Source: a virus
Taxonomy: Duplodnaviria > Caudoviricetes
IMG/VR virus record: IMGVR_UViG_2974638963_000001
Location: 1-64,000 of that record
Length of the DNA: 64,000 nucleotides
Reading direction: 5' to 3' (one strand)
The translations under genes were made by a program, and so were the position numbers. Under the pieces are notes generated by a model. That model saw only the letters and a program-made list of their open reading frames with translations, ran no database searches and was not told where the DNA came from. Positions 9,511 to 17,559 of this stretch are shown in pieces; positions within the stretch are counted from its first letter, which is position 1; each line of letters opens with the position of its first letter.

Positions 9511-9532
9511 TGTGGATAACTTCTGTGGATAA
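9511..9532 (-). promoter_or_regulatory. two perfect DnaA boxes
   Basis: TGTGGATAA at 9511-9519 and 9524-9532; a 1-mismatch copy at 9575-9583. Confidence 0.85.
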
Positions 9533-9537
9533 GTCGA

Positions 9538-9553
9538 TCTGAATCGTTTCAGC
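9538..9553. promoter_or_regulatory. Cra (FruR) operator
   Basis: TCTGAATCGTTTCAGC vs consensus GCTGAAWCGWTTCAGC. Confidence 0.75.
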
Positions 9554-9561
9554 AAGCCCCC

Positions 9562-9578
9562 AACTGGTCAGACCTGTG
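9562..9578. promoter_or_regulatory. FadR operator
   Basis: AACTGGTCAGACCTGTG vs AACTGGTCNGACCAGTT. Confidence 0.7.
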
Positions 9579-9594
9579 GGTAACTTCTAAACGC

Positions 9595-9615
9595 AAGTGA
9601 GAAGCATTCGCATTC
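9595..9615. promoter_or_regulatory. Fur-box-like site
   Basis: AAG-TGAGAAG-C-ATTCGCA-TTC vs 7-1-7 TGATAAT-N-ATTATCA (10/14). Confidence 0.55.
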
Positions 9616-9619
9616 ATTT

Positions 9620-9691
9620 AGCCGTCTAAACGTCTGGACGTCTAAACGTCTAGATGGCTGGACGTCTAGATGGCTGGACGTCTAGACGTCC
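9620..9691. promoter_or_regulatory. nine tandem in-phase MetJ boxes
   Basis: AGCCGTCT AAACGTCT GGACGTCT AAACGTCT AGATGGCT GGACGTCT AGATGGCT GGACGTCT AGACGTCC vs AGACGTCT. Confidence 0.8.
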
Positions 9692-9821
9692 CTCTGCGCT
9701 TATGTGCGTAATCGGGATCGCTTTTTCAAAACGTTACATGCGAGCTAGGCTACATGTGAATTTCTGAAAATGCAAATTCCAAAATTCTCGAAAAAATTTT
9801 TCCATTCGTAAAATATTCTCT

Positions 9822-10048
9822 CCTGCTCCCTGGCTATCTAAAATAAACTCAAAAATAAAACCAACCACCAGCAATTCTCCAACCTTAAAAAATAAAACGT
9901 CTTCAGAAGATTCAACGAGTCTCTTTTATGGGACTCGATTTTATTTTTGTCTTTGAGTAATGCTATCACCTTAGTTTACAAATCAGTTTTGAGAAGCTGT
10001 TTTATTTTTGGTGCTTAAAGTTTGCTGGTGGATTTGCCGGGGAGCAGG
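9822..10048. repeat. imperfect long inverted repeat
   Basis: CCTGCTCCCTGGC/GCCGGGGAGCAGG, CCACCAGCAA/TTGCTGGTGG, AAAAATAAAAC/GTTTTATTTTT nested. Confidence 0.7.
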
Positions 10049-10763
10049 GGAGGAGAAAACCAAAAGATCTACTTGACAACCAGTTTTGCAGAAACCAAAT
10101 AACGAACCTTGCACACTAGGATTTTATAAACTAGGAATAAATATGCTCTCACGAAATAGGCGTGAGCAATTCTCCAGTCCCCCGGCTGACTTGTTTTACT
10201 GGAATGTCTTCTAGGATGCAAAATATTTAGTGGGATTATTTCTTAGCGTGGATGATCTTGAGGAAGTCTTGAGAGGATGTGGGTAGATATTAGAGGATGT
10301 GCCGGGGAACAGGAGAGGAAATCTTAAGGGGCCCAGGAAAATCGTTGTTTGTAGAAAAACGCACTTAAAACAACCCCCCTGGTAACTAACCGCCTTATAT
10401 CGAAAAATTATGACCTTAAAGGTGGGTAAAGGGCTTGAAAAATAAAAAATTCATGAGGCCCCAAGAACTGGATGATTCAACGCCCCTGTACCCTGGCAAA
10501 TCATGGTAGAACTCCAGTTTTAAATAGATATGATGTGGCACGTGGGTAGGATGAACTTTTATTATCTAGAGGTGATGTATATTGGAAGCGGAAAGGATGA
10601 GGATTTACAGTGGCTAGGAAGAGTCAAAGAAAGGCTTTTGGTGACATTCGGGGAACAGGAGAAAATTATAAAACTAGAATCTCTAGGAAATTGATATGAC
10701 ATCTCCTAGCAAGTCCAGGGTATCAAAGGTTCCAGTTCTATTATTATGTTTAGTATAGATAAT

Positions 10764-10790
10764 AAAAAACCTCCTTGAACGGAGGTTTAT
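10764..10790 (-). terminator. intrinsic terminator ending leftward early transcription
   Basis: AAACCTCC-loop-GGAGGTTT followed by U-run on minus strand. Confidence 0.75.
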
Positions 10791-10863
10791 TGGTTTTATT
10801 AAACGAGTGGTTTTTAAAGAATATAGTATCCCCAAGGATATTTATTAGTTGTTCTAAGTCTAT

Positions 10864-10966
10864 CGCTTGCCTCTGATGAATCCTAGTCGGTCATAAGTAA
10901 GTTGTTCGTTTCAAGCGGGGTTTCCACAAACAACTTACGACTTTCCTAGAATTCCTAGGCAAGCGT
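10864..10966 (-). ncRNA. candidate small RNA (long bulged hairpin)
   Basis: nested arms CGCTTGCCT/AGGCAAGCG and GTAAGTTGTT/AACAACTTAC; own promoter TTGACG-17-TATAAT at ~11006-11034; no ORF. Confidence 0.5.
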
Positions 10967-11043
10967 GTGAAATTCGATATTCCTGTTTCTCATATCTCTT
11001 TCAGATATTATAACATCAAACTTTTGCCACGTCAACTGAAAAA

Positions 11044-11940
11044 TTATATTTGCCCATAGGTCTTATACAGGACATCAGTTGCAATTGCTAACGCTTGAGA
11101 CGATAAACCTCTTCTATTTGTAACATTTGGGTAGTCACCATCAGAGTTATATTTACCCAGATGTCCGGTGAGAGAATATGGGAAGTTAGTATCAGTATTA
11201 GCTTTTAAATATGCTAACGCTGCTCGGATATGTTCTGGTGCCTCTCTAGTACTCTTAGACCATATCAAGATCTCACCAGTTAGCTGAGTCGATATAAGCG
11301 GATGAGTTGAGCCAAATGTTGGTAAAAGATAACTATCTATCTTGATGATATTATTTTCAACTACAAATGTATTCCCAACTACCTCTGCCTTATTGTAAAG
11401 GGTGTCTAGATGTGATTCGTTACATTGTGAAGTCTTGCTAGGTAAGTCAGACAACATTGTGAATGGTTTGAACGACTTTTGGAAGTCTTTATTTGTTGCA
11501 GTGTATAGTTCACCTGTCTTACTGTTATATCTGATTGCTCTAAATGTTTTGCCTAGTCTAGACGTTGTGGGGACGTAGACATCAGCATGTAATGAGTTCA
11601 GTGCATTTTCATATACATACTCATCGGATGGTTGTGGTGGGAAAGCTATCTCCACATCCTCTTCTAGCGTGATATTATAGCATGCTGCAGACCATGATTT
11701 ACCATCTCCTAGTCCAAAGTATAGTAATGTTGGGAATATGTAGTTGTTAGACTTACGCATCCAGGAACCACTGTGTTCTTTACGACCTGGCTGTCTAGTT
11801 GTGAACATTTCAACTAAACGTTTCTGATAATCATTAAGCTCAGATGTTTTCATACCATCTAGGGCTTTGAAGTCTTCGAATGCTTTTGCTAACTCAGCTC
11901 TATTTATAGAGGTTACTACTGATTGTTTTGCTGTTGTCAT
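11044..11940 (-). CDS. hypothetical early protein
   Basis: 298 aa ORF. Confidence 0.8.
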   Translation of the reverse strand: MTTAKQSVVTSINRAELAKAFEDFKALDGMKTSELNDYQKRLVEMFTTRQPGRKEHSGSWMRKSNNYIFPTLLYFGLGDGKSWSAACYNITLEEDVEIAFPPQPSDEYVYENALNSLHADVYVPTTSRLGKTFRAIRYNSKTGELYTATNKDFQKSFKPFTMLSDLPSKTSQCNESHLDTLYNKAEVVGNTFVVENNIIKIDSYLLPTFGSTHPLISTQLTGEILIWSKSTREAPEHIRAALAYLKANTDTNFPYSLTGHLGKYNSDGDYPNVTNRRGLSSQALAIATDVLYKTYGQI

Positions 11941-11985
11941 GATTTGATTCTCTTATAGGGGGATGGTTAGATCCCCCTCTTTGAA

Positions 11986-12687
11986 TTATAAGTATCGTGG
12001 ATCGAAATGTGGACTATTAGGGTCTAGGTGTGCTGTATTAATAATGTGCTGCTTAATAGCGTAGTTCAACTTATCATCAAACACTATATTTCTATCGGAC
12101 TTGAATAAGTCTGTATGCATCATTAATAACTTTAGTAGCTTCTTAGTACGTGTTGGAACTTGCTCAGGCTTATAGTCGTTCCTGAGAACTATTAGGCCTA
12201 GGCTCTTGCTTTCTGCAATAAATTCTGCATATAAAGAGTTATTATGCCAAACTATAACTGTGTATAATTCTAATCCGTCTTGACCAAAATCTAACAAAAC
12301 CCATTCTGCATCAGGGTTAGCCATAGCTATACCTAGTGCTAAGGACTTCTCTAGTAGGGTCTCTACTTCCAGTCCTTTTAGAAATCTATTACCTCTAATA
12401 GCATACTGTAATGTCTGGTACATCTCATGTACTAACAAGTGTTCTATGTTGCTAGGGATTCTTATATCCCCACGTGCCCATGAACAGGCATCTTGAACTG
12501 TAAAGTCCGAAGTTAATGGAATTACTGGCAGTCCCTGAACTTCTAGGAGCACGATATCTTCATCATATGTTCCATCGGATATACTAGTCAATGCTTCACA
12601 CAGTGACCCTGTTCCCTGGATCATCCTATAGAACTCCTGTAAACTTATTGTGACACACGGTTTTACTTCTAAATCTATATTACTCAT
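11986..12687 (-). CDS. hypothetical early protein
   Basis: 233 aa ORF, AAGAGGT RBS, upstream promoter. Confidence 0.8.
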   Translation of the reverse strand: MSNIDLEVKPCVTISLQEFYRMIQGTGSLCEALTSISDGTYDEDIVLLEVQGLPVIPLTSDFTVQDACSWARGDIRIPSNIEHLLVHEMYQTLQYAIRGNRFLKGLEVETLLEKSLALGIAMANPDAEWVLLDFGQDGLELYTVIVWHNNSLYAEFIAESKSLGLIVLRNDYKPEQVPTRTKKLLKLLMMHTDLFKSDRNIVFDDKLNYAIKQHIINTAHLDPNSPHFDPRYL

Positions 12688-12884
12688 ACTTATACCTCTT
12701 ATATTTTGAATCTACGGCTGTCTACGGAAGTCCTCTTACAGCCATCGGAGGACTTTCTAAATCTATACTTACATTATAACACAGTCCTCGGAAGACTGCA
12801 AGTAATCTTTCTTATTTATTGTCTATAAGCCAACAGAAAGCACAAAGCCCCACACACCATAGGCATGTGAGGAGAGTTGTTAGA

Positions 12885-13244
12885 CTAAACATAAGTCTCT
12901 TCGTTATTCATAGAGACTTCTACGTAACGTTTAAGTACTGGTGCAATAAGACTCATTGCCTCTTTGATCTTACTAGCATACTTATCTGCTGCGTCTTTCT
13001 CGGTGAATACTCGATGTTCCCACTCTATGTTAGGCATGTCCATAGCACTATAACGAAGACTTGAGTAGATTGGGTATTTAACTGTCCATGAGCGAACTAA
13101 TACTTTCTCTTTTAGTTCACCAACGTTATTTTCATAAAGCTCTTTCTTAGTTGGGGTGAAGAAGAAATCTAGGAAAGCCATATAATTATCCTTATATAAT
13201 GTTTGAGAAAAATTCAGTAATTGATTTACCAATGGATGCTGCAA
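12885..13244 (-). CDS. hypothetical protein
   Basis: ORF; likely start at MAFL after AAGGA. Confidence 0.6.
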   Translation of the reverse strand: MQHPLVNQLLNFSQTLYKDNYMAFLDFFFTPTKKELYENNVGELKEKVLVRSWTVKYPIYSSLRYSAMDMPNIEWEHRVFTEKDAADKYASKIKEAMSLIAPVLKRYVEVSMNNEETYV

Positions 13245-13294
13245 CTACATTAAGCGTAGTCCACAGCACCAGTATAACTACTATACCTATAACT

Positions 13295-13513
13295 TTAAGC
13301 ATTTTTATTCTCCCTATCAAGATCCCTCAGATCTTTGAGAGCCTTACTACCTGCCTTGATTGCCTTAGCTGTTATCTTCTTTAATTCCTTATCAGATAGT
13401 TCTAGCCTATCTGACAGCGTTGGAGTGGTGCGGGTTATGGTGTATATTGTACCACCAACAACGGCGAAGATAATTACTAAGACAGTTAGGGCTATTAACA
13501 TGATACTAATCAT
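13295..13513 (-). CDS. small membrane protein
   Basis: N-terminal hydrophobic helix. Confidence 0.65.
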   Translation of the reverse strand: MISIMLIALTVLVIIFAVVGGTIYTITRTTPTLSDRLELSDKELKKITAKAIKAGSKALKDLRDLDRENKNA

Positions 13514-13782
13514 TCGTCTTTCTCCGGTGGTATCTGTAACTTATATTGTCTAACCGCTTCTATAGCCTCATCTAGCGCACCGCTTAGTTCTTTGTACTTT
13601 TGCTCTTCCGAGGGTACAGATATTGACCATGTTGAATCATCATTCCAAGATGGTGTCTTATAGTTTATAATCTCTTTGTAGAGATCAAGGTTTTCCTTAT
13701 TCTGTTTACTTGCTAACATGCCGATAAGGAAAACTATAATACCAGCCATTATGAGGATTATTACCGATAGAATCGTTACCAT
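13510..13782 (-). CDS. small membrane protein
   Basis: N-terminal hydrophobic helix; ATGA overlap with next gene. Confidence 0.65.
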   Translation of the reverse strand: MVTILSVIILIMAGIIVFLIGMLASKQNKENLDLYKEIINYKTPSWNDDSTWSISVPSEEQKYKELSGALDEAIEAVRQYKLQIPPEKDE

Positions 13783-13886
13783 AATTGAATCCTAGAAAAA
13801 TAAGGGGAGCCAAATAGGCATTGATATCAACGCTGCTCCCAGGATTATAAATACTGGTAATACTATTGTGTCGTTGTTGCCCATAT

Positions 13887-14516
13887 CTACTCCGTAATAA
13901 CTAAGTTGTTTAACTTATCCTTTACTTTATCTAGGAATACTTGATCAGGCTGGTAGAAGCTTCTGATTTGCACTAGCTTCTTCAGTGCCCAGTTAGATGC
14001 AGCTTTCTTAGACTTACTAAAGCTAATAGTTTCTGCGTTTCGATAAATGTCTGCCAACTTAACCTGAGCAACTGCCGGTACGAAACTATATAGCTTATTG
14101 TTAGTCAATTGCTGGTCGATATCTTTAGTTAGTCGGTCAACGATAAATGCAACATCATCACCAAATGCTCTTCTAACACTTTCTAGGTTGAGATTTGTAT
14201 CCTCAACGACATCGTGAAGCCATGCAGCGCATAGAGTCACGAGATGCTCATAGTCATTTGGGAAATCAAATTCTCTACCAACAATACGAGCTACCCCTGC
14301 TAGATGCATGTTCGTATAGTCGTCTTCATGACTAAAGCCTTCTCCTGAACGGAAAGCCTGATTTTTATGGGCTATTCTAGCTACGGAGCCTGCAATTTCC
14401 GCAGCAATCTCCTCTATATCTTCACCCTCTAGCAGAATCTCTAGATTAGCTCGGTTTTCCCAAGTAGGGTGTTTCAGTATAAAGATTACTGCGTCAATTA
14501 GTCTTTTGTCTTTCAT
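13887..14516 (-). CDS. HD-domain protein, RelA/SpoT hydrolase (Mesh1-like) family
   Basis: AHxxQ, Y..H, AWLHDVVEDT, LT, VKLAD..N motifs. Confidence 0.75.
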   Translation of the reverse strand: MKDKRLIDAVIFILKHPTWENRANLEILLEGEDIEEIAAEIAGSVARIAHKNQAFRSGEGFSHEDDYTNMHLAGVARIVGREFDFPNDYEHLVTLCAAWLHDVVEDTNLNLESVRRAFGDDVAFIVDRLTKDIDQQLTNNKLYSFVPAVAQVKLADIYRNAETISFSKSKKAASNWALKKLVQIRSFYQPDQVFLDKVKDKLNNLVITE

Positions 14517-14830
14517 TTTTCTCTCCCGTAGTATGAGTCGAATGTATGTTGAAATGCTGTCTGGTCTACTCGAACTTTAAGAGTCCAGAACCATCTTGAG
14601 AAGAAAGTATGAACTCTGCTTTCGGGGTGCGGCATTCTGGATGTTTCTACTAACGTTACCGCTGGATAGATACCCCGTAAGACTTCCACCAGCAAGTGAA
14701 TATTTAAAACTCCATCATCGTTAATCTTAAAGGTATTCTCTCCCTCTCGTAACTTTGGGCAGATATAACGTAATTCGTCTAGTGTTCTACGCAGTACATC
14801 ACTATCTATATCGAATCTCATATTGCCCAT
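14513..14830 (-). CDS. hypothetical protein
   Basis: ORF in packed operon. Confidence 0.6.
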   Translation of the reverse strand: MGNMRFDIDSDVLRRTLDELRYICPKLREGENTFKINDDGVLNIHLLVEVLRGIYPAVTLVETSRMPHPESRVHTFFSRWFWTLKVRVDQTAFQHTFDSYYGREK

Positions 14831-15165
14831 CCTACTATTAACCAGATTAAAAGAATAATGATAACGTATATCATTGAGGAGTTCAGTGTACTTGCATCTT
14901 TCTTAGCCTGACTATTTCTTATACACTTAGGAAGTATTGGTACTCCACCTAGTGTGTAGTATACTGGAGTATATTTATCCTCGAAAAGCAGATGCCAATT
15001 ATGTCCATCAAACTCTTCTAAATTATCTGGAAACTCAGTTTGTAATTGGAAGTTTTCAACTATGAGACCTTTTGTCTTTACTCCTAAGATTAAAGCCTCA
15101 CTTTCCTGTGCAATAAACCAAGTTTTGAGATTTGGCAACTCAGTTGCCTCAACAAAAAGCCTCAT
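14818..15165 (-). CDS. hypothetical protein with C-terminal TM helix
   Basis: GGAG RBS; hydrophobic tail. Confidence 0.65.
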   Translation of the reverse strand: MRLFVEATELPNLKTWFIAQESEALILGVKTKGLIVENFQLQTEFPDNLEEFDGHNWHLLFEDKYTPVYYTLGGVPILPKCIRNSQAKKDASTLNSSMIYVIIILLIWLIVGWAI

Positions 15166-15176
15166 AAGTAATTCTC

Positions 15177-15509
15177 CTAGATTTTATTACCAAGAGTACT
15201 GTACTTAGTCTTGGCAATCATTATTGCATCAAATAGAGCCTTGTCCGCAGCAGCATTCATGTGTTCTATGTCCTTTAGTGTTGGACGTTTGTCTAATTGA
15301 ATAACAATACGCTGAACAACAGATAGAGCACTATTAGTCTTTAGTACTGTAGTTCCTGGGTTGATTGTATTAAACCCCGAATGGTGAATAAAACTAGCTA
15401 CCAGTTCAGGGGAATCAAATTCCCTAGTTATGGTAAGATTCCTGAAGCGTACATCCTCCCTGAAATGATGGATGGGCTTATCTGCTAGACGAACAAAATA
15501 GAACGACAT
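15177..15509 (-). CDS. hypothetical protein
   Basis: ORF in packed operon. Confidence 0.65.
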   Translation of the reverse strand: MSFYFVRLADKPIHHFREDVRFRNLTITREFDSPELVASFIHHSGFNTINPGTTVLKTNSALSVVQRIVIQLDKRPTLKDIEHMNAAADKALFDAIMIAKTKYSTLGNKI

Positions 15510-15515
15510 AAGATA

Positions 15516-15842
15516 TTACTCCTGTTCTAAAATTTCCTGAAAATACTCGTTAACTAGATCACGACGCTGTTCATCTGCTGCACGCATTTCTAAGTAAACG
15601 TCTTCAGACGTTTCACATTCTGTAATGCGGAACTGTAACAGGCGACCTCCTTTGATTACTGCATCGGCACCTTGAAGTTCTGCCACTGCTACTGGACTAA
15701 TTGCTAATGCTGCTTCTTCTGCCCCTGCCCATGTGGTTGCTGTTTTACATGCCATTACATCTTGTGGCAAGAACCCATTACGTGGGTCATTTAACCCAAT
15801 GTTAACAACGCTGACCACAAATACTGTTTCTTTATCTTGCAT
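15516..15842 (-). CDS. hypothetical protein
   Basis: ORF in packed operon. Confidence 0.65.
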   Translation of the reverse strand: MQDKETVFVVSVVNIGLNDPRNGFLPQDVMACKTATTWAGAEEAALAISPVAVAELQGADAVIKGGRLLQFRITECETSEDVYLEMRAADEQRRDLVNEYFQEILEQE

Positions 15843-16032
15843 CTAACACCTCTATGTTTATGCTGTCTAAGAAGTCTAAGACTTCATCGAAATCTAGCTT
15901 TGTTGCTAGGATTAAAGTTGAGTGGCTAATCTCTTTAACCACCCCGTCGAATTTTCTGAACTTATTACAAGTATCTGCCAAGTTCGTAATTGATACACTA
16001 AATATTAAGTCCGGCTTTGACATACTAACCAC
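15832..16032 (-). CDS. hypothetical protein
   Basis: ORF in packed operon. Confidence 0.55.
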   Translation of the reverse strand: MVSMSKPDLIFSVSITNLADTCNKFRKFDGVVKEISHSTLILATKLDFDEVLDFLDSINIEVLDAR

Positions 16033-16361
16033 CGCTTATATTTGTAATCTAGGGACTTAAACTGATGTGAAACGTCTCTAGATCTGTATTCCTCCTGTAC
16101 CCTGGCTGGATTTCTTCCCTTTACCCATTCAAGGCTAAGTCTATCATAGGCTTCACCTGTTTGGTATACGAAAGTCCTACGAAGTCTTGTTTCTGCCGGT
16201 ATGTGAATAGCAAAGATGCCTACGATAAATACTATTACAGCTAACAGTCCAAACAACCAGAAATCAGTGTAGATTGCTAAAAGTCCTAAGATGATCATTG
16301 GCACTAAGATAAACTTAAAGCCGTCTCTATTCTCTTTCTTTACAATTTCTGAGTATGTCAC
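16005..16361 (-). CDS. membrane protein
   Basis: two TM helices. Confidence 0.65.
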   Translation of the reverse strand: MTYSEIVKKENRDGFKFILVPMIILGLLAIYTDFWLFGLLAVIVFIVGIFAIHIPAETRLRRTFVYQTGEAYDRLSLEWVKGRNPARVQEEYRSRDVSHQFKSLDYKYKRWLVCQSRT

Positions 16362-16749
16362 GGGTGTCTCCCTCCATCATTATAAGTTTAGGCTTAAAAC
16401 CTACATAGTTATATAGTTTTGCTGCCATAGACTCGCTATCTGCTTCTATTTGCACTCTACTAATCCCAAAGTCGTAGAATTGCTGTACAGCCGTTTCTAT
16501 TAATTTAGAGGCAAAGCCATGTCCACGATATTCTGGTTTCACATACAGAGAAGTAATTACACCAATCATAGTATTATTAATATCTACTGCTACTGATGTT
16601 CCAACAAAGCCAAAATATTGGTAGCAGCCGCTGTTATAGTCACTGTACGCATGCGTTATCGTACCTAGATCAGAGTTAATACCAATTTCACTATCTAGTT
16701 CTTTTTTAAGTTCCGATATTGCTTCTTTGTTTACGTTAATAACTATCAA
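16327..16749 (-). CDS. GNAT-family acetyltransferase
   Basis: LYVKPEYRGHGFASKL motif A; A.KLYNYVGF motif B. Confidence 0.85.
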   Translation of the reverse strand: MIVINVNKEAISELKKELDSEIGINSDLGTITHAYSDYNSGCYQYFGFVGTSVAVDINNTMIGVITSLYVKPEYRGHGFASKLIETAVQQFYDFGISRVQIEADSESMAAKLYNYVGFKPKLIMMEGDTRDILRNCKERE

Positions 16750-17075
16750 TGTACAGTCTCCGGTATGTTGTCTATTTCTTTGAAGCTACCCATAACTGCT
16801 TCAACACTTTTAGCAGATAATGGAACAGACATTTCCAACTTTACGTTGGCTTCCTCAATCTCTTTTGATTGATGGAATGAGAAGGGCAGGTTTTCTTTAA
16901 ATTGCTTCATTAGCCACATAGTTGGCGTTACACTATCAAATGGAAGCCTAACAGATTCAACAAACAAGTTATACACCCCAGGTCTGCCCTCAAACTCTTT
17001 GGCATAAATCTTGTGTGGTACGAGTACTATTGAATCCATAGAGTATACCCGATTAATCCAACAGCAACTACACAA
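16746..17075 (-). CDS. hypothetical protein
   Basis: ORF; likely start at MDSI. Confidence 0.6.
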   Translation of the reverse strand: MCSCCWINRVYSMDSIVLVPHKIYAKEFEGRPGVYNLFVESVRLPFDSVTPTMWLMKQFKENLPFSFHQSKEIEEANVKLEMSVPLSAKSVEAVMGSFKEIDNIPETVH

Positions 17076-17224
17076 TAACTAATGAAAAAGTCTACAGCAG
17101 CCTGTGCTTTTGGGTAACCTAGTACACCAAACTTATCCCATATTGCAATCTCATACTTTGTATGGGCGAATATGCAAACACAAAGGAACATTATATATAA
17201 TAACATTTTTACCTCTCTTATCAA
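17027..17224 (-). CDS. small membrane protein
   Basis: hydrophobic; follows early promoter. Confidence 0.55.
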   Translation of the reverse strand: MIREVKMLLYIMFLCVCIFAHTKYEIAIWDKFGVLGYPKAQAAVDFFISYCVVAVGLIGYTLWIQ

Positions 17225-17313
17225 TTTATATAAATATTATATCAAATATTTAGGATTTTGGCAAATGATTTAATAAAAAAGCCAAGTGGTTTCCCAGCTT
17301 GGCTTTTAAAAGA

Positions 17314-17559
17314 TTACACTCCGGTAATCAGTAAATAAACGAATTGGGACATTGGTATTGTAAACCCGACAGCTACGGCTATCCATGCGAGGGCAGAAAT
17401 AACTAAAACTGTGGCAATAGTTTTTCTAGAGCGAATGGGGTAGACGTACTTAATTAACACCTCACGTACTGTTCTAGCTACCTCATATGCTGGATATACA
17501 CCCAATACTGCGATTAGTAATGTTTGTAGAACTAACAATGTAATTGTTAAGCCTGTCAT
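17314..17559 (-). CDS. small membrane protein
   Basis: two TM helices. Confidence 0.65.
   Translation of the reverse strand: MTGLTITLLVLQTLLIAVLGVYPAYEVARTVREVLIKYVYPIRSRKTIATVLVISALAWIAVAVGFTIPMSQFVYLLITGV

Larger units (their letters stand above)
9373..10760. other. gene-free injection-stop-signal (iss)/terminal-repeat-end-like region
   Basis: no ORFs; lies between pre-early and early genes; DnaA boxes, repeats and palindromes as described for T5 iss. Confidence 0.7.

Noticed and set aside
9620-9691. CRISPR array or simple microsatellite
   Set aside because: Contiguous 8 bp units with no spacers; variation centres on the Met-box consensus.
9722-9817. Extra CRP, GalR-family or NagC/Mlc sites after the MetJ boxes
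   Set aside because: Only half-sites or generic AT-rich matches.
10872-10960. Hammerhead ribozyme (CTGATGA)
   Set aside because: No GAAA in the needed position, and the motif is on the strand opposite the promoter.
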